Counted from the first letter of the whole stretch, positions 43,843 to 56,535 are shown. The stretch: DNA of 63,852 nt, filler included, from Thraustochytrium aureum (GCA_012862495.1; 5 parts of 3 records of this genome joined end to end with filler, not necessarily neighbours in it), one strand, 5' to 3'. Notes: a model not told the origin generated them from the sequence alone. Program-made: numbers and translations.

Positions 43843-46129
43843 CTACTTGATCCCGCAGAGGATGATGCGCGCGCGCGTGCGCGGCTTTTGCCGCTCCGAC
43901 CTCTTGGAGGCTTCAATCTTCTCGGTAGCGGCGATAACGCGCTCCGCGGGTGGCAGGTTGATGTTGACCGCCAAGTTCGCGTGCCAGTCCAGCTTTTGCT
44001 CGCCTTGCAGATGCTTGTTGCGCACGCCCTTGCTCTCGCCGCTGATGCCGCCTTCCGCGACCTTGGGCTTGCGCCGCGCGTTCTTCCGCTTCGACGGTGC
44101 CGGAAAGGCACCAAGAGCAGCGCCGGCCGCGCCGCCGGGGGCATCCTGGTCGCTCGCCGCAGTCCCATGGCCCGACGGCGCGTCGTAGTCTTGATCTGCG
44201 AGATCAAGGCAAAACCGCTGGACATGCGATACACCAGCGCGCAAAATTGCGTCTCGCTGCATCGCGACCGCCTGCGTGTGCGCGCGAAGCGCAGTGCGCG
44301 ATTTTTGCACGTAGCTTTGGTAGCTGTCCCGCTCTCGCTCGTACCGCGCCGAAATAGCCTGCACAACGTGCGCGCGGTTGGGCTTTTTGCGAAACGTATT
44401 GGTCCCGCCGACGCGGGCGTCCGCGCTCGGAATCGTGCGCCGCACCATGTGGGCTGGTGCGGTCCCGGGCCGCCTTTCCAGCGTAGAAACATCGCCCTGG
44501 CCGCGCGACACAAAGTACTCTTGCAAAAGGCCGCCCATGTGCGCCGAGTCGTACAGCTCGCGTGGCTGGAACGCCGAGCCCTCAAAGGCGCGGTCCACAA
44601 GGTCAGACAGGTCGTCCGCGGCGGCTGCGGACTCCTGGTTGGAGCTCCTGGCCCATAAACCGTGCGCCGTCCCAGCGTCGTCGCCGCTCTCCCGCTGCGC
44701 CAAACTTGGCGAGGTGGGCTCCGCGGCCGTCGCCGCGGCCTCGCCGCTGTCTTGGACAAAAGCAGAGCGCGACTCAAAGGGGAAAAGCGCCTCGCGAATC
44801 GTGTCGATGGAGACCGCGCTCACGCCCGTGCCGTGGAGGAGCTCGCAGCAGGTCGCATACACCTGCTGCTGCAGCGTTTTCGTGTATAGGTGGCGTGAAC
44901 CCGGGCACAGAAACCTGTACCCGATGAGAATGCCGTGCGAGATCGCGAACGGGACGTACCTGTGAACGAGATCTCGCTTGAGCGGCGAGACACTCTGAAA
45001 CAGGCGAATCAAGTCCACGTACAACGTGGCAAGATCGCGCCGTAGCAAGCGCGCGTCCTCCTCTGCGGCGGCCGCCTGGCCCCGAAGCAAGACCAGCTTT
45101 TTGGCATCTTTGCAGAGCGCAGCGGCAGACGCGGCGCGGGGCTTGACGAAGAGCAGGCACAGGCAGTACCAAAAGAGTCTGTCGCAGATCCGCGACACGA
45201 GTCGGCTTGAGATCACCTTGCTGAATGAGCGAGAGAGGTTTTCGTTCTCTGGCAGAGCGATGTGGGTCCGGACGTACTGCATCAAGAGGTGGCACTTGGT
45301 GTCCATCGGCGGCGGTTGCGCGCTGTACCTGTAGGCGAGGTTCTCGACGCTCCGAGTCACGTTTTGCTCGGCAATATTGTGCAGTTCGCGCTCCTGCATC
45401 ACCCTCTCACGGGAATCCTCAGGAGAGCCCGCACCGCCCGCGGCCGGGTCCATGTTTCCTGCAGCGGCGGCTGCTGCTGCTGCCGAGGGCGACGCTGGGC
45501 CTGCTCGTGAGCTTGGGCTGCCGGGAACGGCTCCTGACGCGCACGGTCTTCCAATGCCCGCTGGCGCGGTTTGTGGTTTGCCCCGAGAACCAGGGCGTTT
45601 GTTGGCCGCGAGGAATGGCCACTTGGTTGCGCCGGGAGCCGCCGTGAACATGCGGGAGCTCGGGGGCCGAGGCGGTGTGGTTTGTGCTCGATTCGACGCG
45701 GGGGTCGTCGAGCACCGAGGGCGGAGCAGCAAATGAGCCTGGAACTGGTTTGCGCGACCCGCTTTGCTGTGTTGCCGCGCCTATGCTCGCCACCGTGCGG
45801 TCACGAAAAAGTGACTTTGCAGTGAAGACGCGACCAGGGTTGGCGCTCCTGAGCGAGGCGCTCAGGGAAATTGGCTCGCTGCGCGGATCGACGTCGTATA
45901 CGGCACGGGATCGGCTTTGGTGCCGACGGCTCTGTAGCTTGGCCGTGCAGTTGTCCGTGGCAGGGTCAACGTCCAGCTGCAGCGTGTCTTTGGCCTCTGA
46001 GAACACGTGCCCGAGCTTCTTGACGCGTTCCAGCAATATCTCTGTCATCTGTTTTGACATGGTCTCCTTCTGCTCGATGTCTTGCTCGTCATCGTCCTGC
46101 AGCTCGCGCTCGCGCTTGGGCGACTGCAT
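43843..46129 (-). CDS. FAM227-like (FWWh domain) protein; the 5' part (45419..46129 frame) is probably joined by a frameshift near 45730
   Basis: DRLFWYCLCLLF...LATLYVDL...RDLVHRYVPFAISHGILIGYRFLCPGSRHLY resembles the FAM227 conserved domain. Confidence 0.65.
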
Positions 46130-46691
46130 CGCGCGCCGCGAGCCGCGCGTCGTCTGTCTCTAGAGGGCTTGCGCGGGCCCGACCAACTACGAGGCTTCGT
46201 TCAATCTCAAAGTGCGGCGAATGCGCAGGCGCGCCTGCCCGGCTGCAGACTTCGGCCGCAGGCGCGCATTAACCGATTGCGCTTTCGCGCGGTTGCAGGT
46301 CGAGGAAGGAATAGGCGTGAAAGCAGGTAAGTAGAAGAGTAGGAACTCGCGCCAAGAGTGGTCGCGCTATCCGTTGCGACCTAACCTCAAACCTGACTTG
46401 GCTGGCAAGCGCCACCACGTCATCATCGTGGGCCTGCGGGATGGTGGCTGGCGCTCGAACGGGGCCGCCGCTCGAACGAGGCCGCTGCCCCTGCCTTCTT
46501 TTTCGTCGCAAGGGTTTGATTGTTGTGTTGTGCATTGGTGGCCTGCTTTTGTTATTGTTCAATCAATCTGGCAAGACCTTGAGGTTGAAATCAATGCTGC
46601 CGGTACGGATTGGGCGGGTCATGAAGGTGAACGAAGCGATTGGCCGCCGGCGCTGCACATTCACGCGAGGTGGCGCGACGGAGGCACGCTG

Positions 46692-47110
46692 CTACTTTGG
46701 AGGCGGCGCTGGCGCGGCCTGCTGCCCAGCTTCTGTAAAGGCGTCACCCGGGGTCTTGATGTACAGGTCGCTGCTCACGTACGAGCTCATGCCGCGCGGG
46801 TCGTGCTCGGCAGTGCTCGACGGCGCCACCCAGTACTTTTTGTGCGAGGCCGACCGCTTGGCAGCGGCTCGCTTGGCCTTGCTGTCATGCGTCTCGGCCT
46901 CGATCCAAGCGGCAGCCTCTGCGCCCAGCACATCTTGGAGCTTTGCGGCGACGTCGCGCCCGCGCAGGAAGAGCACTTTGCTGCGGACTCGATCGTCCAG
47001 CACCTTGGCAATCACCGACCAGGTCGCAGAAAAGACCCAGGGGCTGTTGATGAGCACCGCCTTGCCGAGCGATTCGGGGTAGTGCTGCATGAGCTTGGCC
47101 GTCATCATGG
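46692..47110 (-). CDS. CRAL-TRIO/Sec14 domain protein, 3' fragment
   Basis: QHYPESLGKAVLINSPWVFSATWSVIAKVLDDRVRSKVLFL. Confidence 0.88.
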
Positions 47111-47353
47111 NNNNNNNNNNNNNNNNNNNNNNNNNNNNNNNNNNNNNNNNNNNNTTAATTAATTAANNNNNNNNNNNNNNNNNNNNNNNNNNNNNNNNNN
47201 NNNNNNNNNNCGGCCTCCGCGCCCGGACGAGCGAAAGGTGAACCGCGGCGGCACTTCGGCGCCATCTTGACCGCAGATCCACCGCGCAGCTCTACCTAGG
47301 CACTGAGCTTGATCCTGCAGCGCGCTTGGCGAGACGGGCAGCGAGCGGACAGG

Positions 47354-47923
47354 ATGTGGGCCGTGGCTGCACGCGCCGCGCCGCGCGCTGCGCGCCGCCA
47401 ATTCTACAAGGCGCCGCTGGCCGGCGTCGCTCACCACGCAGGCGCGCGGCTCAGCCCCTCGGCGGCGCTGAATCGCGCGCCAGCTTCGCTCCTTCCAGCA
47501 CCGCGCTGTGGGCCGCTGGGCGGCTCGAGGACGCTGTGCAGCGTGGACGGGTCGGTGGAGGTCCCCGAGATCTCGGTGGACGAGCTCGTCAAGCGCATGA
47601 AACTAGGCGACGTCGTCGTCGTGGACGTTCGCGAGGAGGACGAGGTTGCAGCCACGGGGCCGCTGCAGGCCGGACCAACGCGGGCGCTCAACATTCCGCT
47701 CTCGCTCATCCACGGCCGCGATGCGCTCGGGATGTCGGAGGACGACTTTAGGGCCGAGTTTGGCTTTGAGCCGCTGCGCAAGGACGCAAACCTCGTGTTT
47801 AGCTGCCGCTCGGGGGTGCGCAGCGCCACGGCGGCCAGAGTCGCGCGCGCTCAGGGCTACACGAATGTGCTCAACTACAAGGGCAGTGCGCTTGAGTGGT
47901 TCTCCGAGCCGCGCGACACCTGA
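47354..47923 (+). CDS. Single-domain rhodanese/sulfurtransferase with mitochondrial-type presequence
   Basis: VVDVREEDE...ALNIPL...VFSCRSGVRSATA...YKGSALEW. Arg/Ala-rich N-terminus. Confidence 0.9.
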   Translation: MWAVAARAAPRAARRQFYKAPLAGVAHHAGARLSPSAALNRAPASLLPAPRCGPLGGSRTLCSVDGSVEVPEISVDELVKRMKLGDVVVVDVREEDEVAATGPLQAGPTRALNIPLSLIHGRDALGMSEDDFRAEFGFEPLRKDANLVFSCRSGVRSATAARVARAQGYTNVLNYKGSALEWFSEPRDT

Positions 47924-48062
47924 GCAGGCGCCAAGCGAGCCCGGCACCGTTTTCCCCTCTAGAGTTCAGAATCTCCTTGTCCCTTCGCCGGCAATGGGCC
48001 AACTCGTATGTACATATATTGCGAAGCATCAGGGGAGGTCGACCGTGCCGCAGGCGCCCTCT

Positions 48063-48657
48063 TCAGTCCTCGTCGTCCCATTCCGAGCTGTCCGAGTCTC
48101 CCGATGTGAGGCCGTCGCTGGTGGCTTGTTGTTGAGCGATCATCTCGACGCGACGCGCCAATATCCCCGCCACGCCGCTAAGCCGACTCGCTTCGTTCGA
48201 GGCCGAGCGCGCGGCGGGTGGCTCGACCTTGCGGAGGGTCACGCCCTTGGTCTTGATGGCAGACAAGATGTCCGCCATCGACCCACCGCTCGAGCAGCTG
48301 TCGCGCTGTCCGGCCCCTGCCTTCTCGGTGCGGTCCACTTTGCGCAGGCTTGCAGTGCCCCGGATAGCTGCAAGGAGCGGGCTACAGGCGCGCTCGGCCG
48401 TGTCTGCAGGATTTTTGCGTTCCGTCAAACGCTCCTTGGGCGCCAGCGACGAGGCGGCCTGCACGCCAGCGGCAGCTTCGATTTGGCTCGCGCGCTTGTG
48501 AATTGCGGCAAGGAGCGGGTTCGAACAAGCAGGCGGTGCTGAGCAGGCCTCCTTTCGCTCGATCGGCCGCGGATTCAGCTGGCTCGCCCTCTTTTGGATG
48601 GCTGCCAGAAGAGGGTTGACGGCAACCGGTGCTGCTGGGCTCGTTTTGAACCCTGCG

Positions 48658-48688
<31 letters not shown>

Positions 48689-50621
48689 TTCCCAGCAACC
48701 GCTCGCCAGAACCCGTCTTCCGCAGCTTTGCACCTTGTTGTATTGCGGCAAGGAGCGGGTTGCCTTTGGCGGCCTGCGAGGGCCCTGCTATCCCAGCCTC
48801 GGCCTGCGCCCCTACTTGCGCAGGACGGTGCCCCTCTCGATTGCAGCGAGAGTCGGATTGCCCGGCCGGCCAGTGGAATCCTGGCATACTCGCCCAGCCA
48901 CGGCCTGCGAGGGCCTAGTTCCTGGCGTGGGAACGGAATCGTTGAACAAAACGCACGGGTCCAGCCCGTTGCGAAGAATCGCGTGCTTGACTGCCTCGGC
49001 ACTCAAGCCAACCTTGAGCATCTGCGCGTACTTTGAGTACCGAGGGTCGCTCACTTCGGTCGAGGCGTGGCCCGCGCCACCACCCTGCCTTCCCTCAACT
49101 TGCTCCGTCCTGGACGCTCCAGCACCAGACTGCGGGTCGGGGCCTTCGCTTTTGTTGGCAAAGAGCGGCTCGGGGTCGAGGCCTGCGCGGGCGAGCGCGT
49201 GCCGGACGGCGTCTGGCGCGAGGCCGATTTGCAGCATCTTTTCAAACTTGGCATACGCTGGCCCAAGCGAGGCGCCTCGACGATCTGGCGTTTTCGGTGC
49301 AACGCTTGAGGACGACTCTGCTCTAGCAGCGAGTCCTGCAAAGAGCTTGTCAGGGTTGTCGCCGTTCTGNNNNNNNNNNNNNNNNNNNNNNNNNNNNNNN
49401 NNNNNNNNNNNNNNNNNNNNNNNNNNNNNNNNNNNNNNNNNNNNNNNNNNNNNNNNNNNNNNNNNNNNNNNNNNNNNNNNNNNNNNNNNNNNNNNNNNNN
49501 NNNNNNNNNNNNNNNNNNNNNNNNNNNNNNNNNNNNNNNNNNNNNNNNNNNNNNNNNNNNNNNNNNNNNNNNNNNNNNNNNNNNNNNNNNNNNNNNNNNN
49601 NNNNNNNNNNNNNNNNNNNNNNNNNNNNNNNNNNNNNNNNNNNNNNNNNNNNNNNNNNNNNNNNNNNNNNNCTGGTTTGAGCATGCGCCGCCCCTGCTTT
49701 GTGCGGCTCGACTTGTGGGGTCTGCGCGGCGTTCTCGGGTGTGAAAAGTTCGTCCGGGTCGACACCATTTTGTAGCATCTTGTGGCGCACCATGCCTTCC
49801 GAGAGGCCCACTTGGAGCATCTTCCGGTACACGTCAAGGTCGTTCTTGGCGGCCGGTGCTGCAACATCTGGCTTTCCCGCGCCCTCCTCTGCAGCTGGGA
49901 CTGGCGTCGGCTCAACGTCCTGCGGAGCGATCTCAGCTCGAGCTGCTCCACGCTGCGCACGGCTGGCAGCAGACCTTCGCGAGGAGCCCCTGGGCGGGAG
50001 TGGCGGCGGCGGCGGGGGTGGCGGCGGCGGTGATGACGGCGACAGCGAGCCCGATGCCGACGAACCCTTTCGCGCCTTTCGTGACCGCTTCAAGGGGCTA
50101 GCAGCATCGCCGCGTTGGCCCGCTGCTGGTTCATGTGGCAAAGAGATTGGGTGCGTTGAGCTCGGCGGGGCACCACCATGGGCCGGCGGGAGGCCCGCTC
50201 GGCACTTTTGAGACGCAGCGCTCTTCGCCACGTCCTCACGTTGCTCCCGAGACTCTCGTTGCTGCTTGGTCAGTGAGGCTTCCTCGGAGCGAAGCCACTC
50301 GTCAAAGAAGAGGTCAGGGTTGGAGAGCTTTTTGGCGCACGGACCAGTTGTTGAGAACTGGTCTAGCGCAGCTAGCGGCGGCGGGGCCTTGCACGCGTTG
50401 TAGCTCGCTTGAACGCCGGCTCGCGTGGCCCGTGTAAAGAGGCACTGCCGCGCGGGCCGGTCATTGAGGGCTGGCGCGGCAGGCCCAAAAACACACGTGC
50501 TTGGCGCATTTGTCGCCGCGACCTGGACGGCATTCTCCGCGCGGCCCAGCTTGGCTGCGAGCTCCGCCAAAAGCTGATCGGTCTGCTCGGCCTCCTGGCT
50601 CAGCCCTCGAAAGATCTCGCT
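48063..50621 (-). CDS. SCAR/WAVE-family actin nucleation-promoting factor with CCDC53-like repeats and multiple WH2 motifs; 5' end in gap, frameshift near 48815
   Basis: WAVE homology domain (LFTRATR...YNACKAPPPL..LDQF...CAKKLSNPDLFFDEW), polyproline, WH2 motifs (LLAAIxxGxxLRK), and C/A region ILARRVEM...DSDSSEWDDED*. Confidence 0.85.
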
Positions 50622-52868
50622 NNNNNNNNNNNNNNNNNNNNNNNNNNNNNNNNNNNNNNNNNNNNNNNNNNNNNNNNNNNNNNNNNNNNNNNNNNNNNNN
50701 NNNNNNNNNNNNNNNNNNNNNNNNNNNNNNNNNNNNNNNNNNNNNNNNNNNNNNNNNNNNNNNNNNNNNNNNNNNNNNNNNNNNNNNNNNNNNNNNNNNN
50801 NNNNNNNNNNNNNNNNNNNNNNNNNNNNNNNNNNNNNNNNNNNNNNNNNNNNNNNNNNNNNNNNNNNNNNNNNNNNNNNNNNNNNNNNNNNNNNNNNNNN
50901 NNNNNNNNNNNNNNNNNNNNNNNNNNNNNNNNNNNNNNNNNNNNNNNNNNNNNNNNNNNNNNNNNNNNNNNNNNNNNNNNNNNNNNNNNNNNNNNNNNNN
51001 NNNNNNNNNNNNNNNNNNNNNNNNNNNNNNNNNNNNNNNNNNNNNNNNNNNNNNNNNNNNNNNNNNNNNNNNNNNNNNNNNNNNNNNNNNNNNNNNNNNN
51101 NNNNNNNNNNNNNNNNNNNNNNNNNNNNNNNNNNNNNNNNNNNNNNNNNNNNNNNNNNNNNNNNNNNNNNNNNNNNNNNNNNNNNNNNNNNNNNNNNNNN
51201 NNNNNNNNNNNNNNNNNNNNNNNNNNNNNNNNNNNNNNNNNNNNNNNNNNNNNNNNNNNNNNNNNNNNNNNNNNNNNNNNNNNNNNNNNNNNNNNNNNNN
51301 NNNNNNNNNNNNNNNNNNNNNNNNNNNNNNNNNNNNNNNNNNNNNNNNNNNNNNNNNNNNNNNNNNNNNNNNNNNNNNNNNNNNNNNNNNNNNNNNNNNN
51401 NNNNNNNNNNNNNNNNNNNNNNNNNNNNNNNNNNNNNNNNNNNNNNNNNNNNNNNNNNNNNNNNNNNNNNNNNNCGGCTTTGACTTGGCCTTCCTCGCGC
51501 CTCTGTCGCGCCATTGATGAGCTGGGTGGGCACTGTTTTCCTCGTTTGCCCTTCGGCTTGCCGCCCGCCAAAGAGCTCTCTACTAGAGCTAGCTCGAGCT
51601 AGCGCCAGAGAGAGGGCTGGAGCTTGCTGGTGTCGGAGCTGCACGCGAGTCTGCAGGTTATCGTTGCGCCAGGACGCCCGCCCGCGGCGAGCTCCGACCG
51701 TCGCCTGGCTGGCTTTTACAGCCAGGCAGCCGGCGAAGCGGCCGTGAAGGTGTTCGTTGGACCTCTTTGACGGTTTCTGGGCTCGCTGACTCGGCGAGGT
51801 GGGCTGATCGGCTGGCCCATCCTTTGCGAAGCGCGACGGGGCTCAACGATAACAACGCGGCTAAGGGTAGAGCGTGAGCCAGACTGGGGAGTCTCAGGTA
51901 CCGAGGCGTTTCTGGGCTGGCTAGGCGTTTCCCATTTCCGCTCCACACGGGTACCCAACGCGAAGCCCGACGCGCGCAAGAGTGGAGACCGGGACCGGAG
52001 ATCGCCTGGCCAGGCCATTCTGATACCGGGGGAGAAGAAGAACCGCAGCCGCAGACCGATCGCAGCTCGATGCGACTCCAGTTTCCTTTTTCCCCCCTTT
52101 CTTCCGCCCGAACCGCAGCCCAGTGGCCGGCGCTCACCGCGATCGGAGAGCTAGCTAGCCAGCAGAGCCGCCAGGACCTGGGCGAGCGAGCGAGGCCCCA
52201 GCCCGCGAGCGGCGCGAGACTAGGCCGCAAGGTGTTCCAACGGCAACATTTCCGAGTCCTAGCCGTTGACCTCGGCTCTCACCGGATAGTTTATGTGCGT
52301 TGGACAAGGCCGTGACTGGGCGAGGCCCCAGTTTACCTCGCAGCTTCTGCTTTGGTCCGGGCTTCGTCCTCACAGCCCGGCTGCGTGTTCGCAGGAAGAG
52401 GGCCCCTAACGCGCGAGCTGGGCCCACTCTGGGCTGTTGTCATCCCGTTTTTCCTGAGATGCATGTGCTGGCCCTCTTATTGGAGGTTTCGCAAGACCTG
52501 GGCTGCGCCAACCTGCGATGCGGCTGCTTTGAACAAAGGGCTGGCATGAATGAGAGGAGCGCAAAGTTTTGAACGAGCGGCTAGCCGTTCCCTGCATCTC
52601 TCTTCCTCATAATTAGAGCTCTGCCTCGTCTGCGGGCTCGCAGAGCTGCAGGTGGACCGGTTTCATCCCATATTACTACTAGGCGGGACAGCACCTGAGT
52701 GCAGCACCGGCCCAGGTTTGAGCAGTCCCCAAATCGAGCTGCAAGACGAGCCCATCGCACCCAAGCGCCCAGCCCAGCCAGCGAAAATACCTCGCCGTCG
52801 TCCGCACCTGAGCTAGGCCGACCTCTCGCAAAAGCCCTTGCGACAGACATATTTCAAGGATGCCTGAG

Positions 52869-53802
52869 ATGGCGACCACCCCTTCGGCCATGTCAGCCTT
52901 CTATGGCAATCAGGCCCAGTCCAACGACATGCTCGGTGTCACCGAACTCCTGGAGGCCGCAGAGGTGGAGCTTAGCCAGCACGAGCTCGAGGCCGTCGCG
53001 GCGCTGCACGGCCTCCTCACCGGCAAGCGCAACGTGCGCATGCCCGAGGCCTACAAGGCCAAGCTCATCCGCATTGAGCCGGCAACGTACGGGTACATCA
53101 ACCAGACCAAGAAGCGCGACAACTCGCACCTGGACAACCTCGACTCGCTCGCCAAGGCTTCGCGCATCATGCACGAAAAGGAAACCGCAGGTGTCAAAGT
53201 CGAGACCGCCGCTGTGCCGCAAAAGGCCGTCAGCCTTGACAAGCCCGCTCCGGCCACCACGGGTGCGACAACGATGCGCGCAAGGAGCCAGTCCGCGCCG
53301 CCGCCGCCTGTGCAGACCATGCCGGCCCCGGCCCAGCTCGAGCGCACGGACAGCGTGGCGAGCGTGTGCTCTGGCAACGGCAAGAGCAGGTACTCTGCGT
53401 TCCGCAAGGCTTCCTCGTGCCCATTCTGCGCCGAGATCGGCGTCAACTGCGGCCGCGTTGCTGCAAAGTGCCCCAACCGCCCTGCACAAAGTGCAGCCGC
53501 CGCCACCGCCTGAACCGCTGCAAGCGACGCACTGCAAGCACTGCTTCAAGGAGGACCACCTCAGCTCCAAGTGCCCGGTCAAGCTCAAGGAGTGGTCGCG
53601 CGCTTCGGTTGCGCGGCGTCGCGAGCAGCGCCTCAAGGAATTGGGCCAGACCGGCCCCAGCGCGGCTGCACCCTGGCTGCGCCGATGCAGACTGGTGCGC
53701 CATTTGCTGCTTCCGTGCAAGCCTAGGCCGCGCTCTGATGCGACTTGCCTACTTGGCGAGGCCAACCCTGGCTCGCGTGCTTCCTGGTGGCGCCTGCATT
53801 AG
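52869..53802 (+). mobile_element. Gag-like zinc-knuckle ORF (possible retroelement remnant); frameshift near 53480
   Basis: CKHCFKEDHLSSKC (CX2CX4HX4C) lies in the +1 frame, preceded by a degenerate knuckle CPFCAEIGVNCGRVAAKCP. No pol is visible and a gap follows. Confidence 0.4.
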
Positions 53803-54547
53803 AGCGCGCGCCGAATAGGTAGCACGGCGAGTGAGGGCATCCATCTGGCGGCCGACGCGGCTCACGCCTTGACGTGTGACCCTCGCGGAAGCTCGCTTTC
53901 CTGACCTGACTGGGCCNNNNNNNNNNNNNNNNNNNNNNNNNNNNNNNNNNNNNNNNNNNNNNNNNNNNNNNNNNNNNNNNNNNNNNNNNNNNNNNNNNNN
54001 NNNNNNNNNNNNNNNNNNNNNNNNNNNNNNNNNNNNNNNNNNNNNNNNNNNNNNNNNNNNNNNNNNNNNNNNNNNNNNNNNNNNNNNNNNNNNNNNNNNN
54101 NNNNNNNNNNNNNNNNNNNNNNNNNNNNNNNNNNNNNNNNNNNNNNNNNNNNNNNNNNNNTCCACATCACGCTCGCGAACTCCAAACTACATCGACCAAA
54201 ACCGATCAAACCTTTGTTCGCCCCAAAGAACAAAAGAATGATCTCTACTTCCCCGCATCCTGTCGGTGATAGCACTTTCTTTAGGTCGCGGGTGCGAATC
54301 GCGATGGCGGAGCCGATGCCACCGAGCCTGACCAGTGCCAGGCACCCAAGCGCCAATTGCATCCATCCAGGCAGCCAGCCCGCCAGGCAGCCAGCCGCCA
54401 GGAAGCCAGGCGCTTATCCATCCAGGCAGCCGGGCAGCGAGCGTTGGTCTCTGTCCAGGCCCGGCCGCGGCCGAGTTGCGCTGGGCGGTCTTTGGGTCAC
54501 GCCACAGGCTCGCTCTCGACGTGGTTGGTTGCGTCCGGTCGGGCGCG

Positions 54548-55266
54548 ATGCTGCCGGTGTCGCGCAAGGGCTCGGCGCCTGCCGCGTCAGGGTGCTCGAG
54601 CGCGGGGATATGGTTCTTTGCGCTGCTGCTGGTGTCGGGGTCGTTTTGTTTGACGCTCGTGCAGCTGTCCAAGGGGCTCCACGAGCAGCTGCTGGTGACC
54701 AAGAGCCAGCTGCTCGCCTCGAGGGAGCAGCTGGTACAGATCGGCGTGGAGAAGGAGACGCTGCTCGAGCAGCAGCGGAGGAGCGAATCAAGGTGCAAAA
54801 GCTGCGCGACAAGAGCGCCCTTGTCTCCAAGGAGCTGCTTGAGCAGCAAAAGCGAGTGAAACTGCTCCAGTACGAGGTGCTCGCTGCGCGCCAGGACCTC
54901 AAGGGCATGACCTTCAACTGCACCGAGTCGTCGCGCCTGATGGAAAAGCAGTTCAACATCACGATGCGGTACCTGCAGGACCGCGTGATCAACAACCGCG
55001 AGTACCACCTGCTGCTCAACAAAAACCTCAAGGAGCGCGTAGTGCTCGAGCGCTCTGTCGAGCTCATGCAGAACAAGGTGTTCAACCTGACCGAGGAGCT
55101 CGCGACAGCGAAAAACAACCTCGTTCGCGCAGGCACGTCGCTGCGCAAGGCCAAGGAAGACATCGAGGAGCTGAAGAGCCGCCTCGTCGAGGCAAACGAC
55201 GCGCTGAGCAGGTCCAGCGCGCTCCTGGACCACTACAAGAAGGCCAGCGGCGCTGACGGGGCGTGA
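54548..55266 (+). CDS. Type II membrane-anchored coiled-coil protein; frameshift near 54780
   Basis: TM segment IWFFALLLVSGSFCLTLV, then continuous heptads across two frames, with luminal N-x-T sites (NCT, NIT, NLT). Confidence 0.6.
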
Positions 55267-55628
55267 CGACGGGGCGTGACGACGGGTCCTGGCTCCGCTA
55301 GCCTTGCGGCGGCGCTGCGGGGACGTTCGGCGCTGCTGAAGGGATTGATGACTGAAACACGATGACCTGAACACATTGACTGCCGCTGACGAGGTGAAAG
55401 CGGCGACAGGGTCTGCCGAGCTGCGCGAGACCGGAACAAAGGAAACAACAACTACAAAAACCAAAAACCATGTGCAATGCAATCCCGGTTTCCTTGTCTT
55501 GGCTCAACTCTCCATCCCCTTTCGGCAGGTCGCCAAACGAAAGAGATAAAGGGAAAAGGCAGCTGCAGGGAGAAGAACGGGCAGCCCGACCGGCCGACCC
55601 AGCGGCGCCCAAACGCCAAGCGGGTCTC

Positions 55629-56165
55629 TCACGCCCGCGACGGGAAGGGCTTCTCAACGAGGTTGATCAAGTGAGGCCCGCACCTCGCAACAATCAGAAT
55701 CGGCTCCCAGGCGCCATTCTTGTCGCGGATGAACCGCCCGTACACGCTTCCAGCGCCCTTATCGCCCTTGACGCCGAGCGTGACGCTCGCCTGGTGCTCC
55801 GTGACGCTGCCGTCCCAGAGCAAGTCCTTGCTCATGTTTCCCCCGAACGCCTCTTGCGCGAGAACGTTGTCCTGGCACTCGCGCCAAATCATCTCGAGCG
55901 GCTCGGGAAACTCGAGGAAGAACAGCGCAGCGCCCACCGCCGTCGCGCCAAAGGCCGCGCCGACGACCACGCTGCCAGCCTGGTACATCCTGAACTGCGT
56001 CTCGGACACGACCTTGTACCCCGCGTACTCTGCCGCCGCCGCGGCTGCGCCTCGCGCTGACGAGGACGGCGATCCCGCCGCCGAAGTCGACCTGCGCACG
56101 ACGCGCCCGGTGCGCCAAGGCGCCCAAGGCGCCCGCGCCGCGCCGCGCACTGCGCCGCGGAGCAT
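55629..56165 (-). CDS. Mitochondrial inner-membrane Coa1/Tim21-like protein
   Basis: Arg-rich presequence, one TM helix, then AQEAFG...GSV....ASVTLGVKGDKGAGSVY. Confidence 0.65.
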   Translation of the reverse strand: MLRGAVRGAARAPWAPWRTGRVVRRSTSAAGSPSSSARGAAAAAAEYAGYKVVSETQFRMYQAGSVVVGAAFGATAVGAALFFLEFPEPLEMIWRECQDNVLAQEAFGGNMSKDLLWDGSVTEHQASVTLGVKGDKGAGSVYGRFIRDKNGAWEPILIVARCGPHLINLVEKPFPSRA

Positions 56166-56221
56166 CCCGGCTCGAGTCGAGACGATCAACGGGCTGGACG
56201 ATGGACGTGAACGGACGGGAT

Positions 56222-56290
56222 GGATCGGATCGGATCTGGCCTGATCCGACCTGATCGATCGATCGATCGATCGATCGGACCGGCCGATCG
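56222..56290. repeat. (GATC)n/(GGATC)n microsatellite between divergent genes
   Basis: ggatcggatcggatc and gatcgatcgatcgatcgatcgatc. Confidence 0.85.
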
Positions 56291-56535
56291 AACGAGCCCG
56301 TCGCTGGGCGCGCTCGAGCCGTGGACTGTCCCGCGGACGGCCGGCCGCGCCGCTCCGGCGAGCTTTTCGCCGCGCTGGCGCCCTGAGCGCCTCCTCGATC
56401 GAGAGGCGATCCAGACCTGCAACGCAACGCTGCTGCTGCTCCAGGCCGCCAGCTCTTCCCCGTCCGCCGCCCGCGCGCGTCCTCCAGTGCCTCGAGGCGC
56501 GCTGTTTGTCGCCGCCGAAAGCGCTGGGATAGCGC

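Noticed and set aside
42292..44777. ORFs with LLAC/KQAS repeats
   Set aside because: These are translations of the (TTGC)n microsatellite and the N gap.
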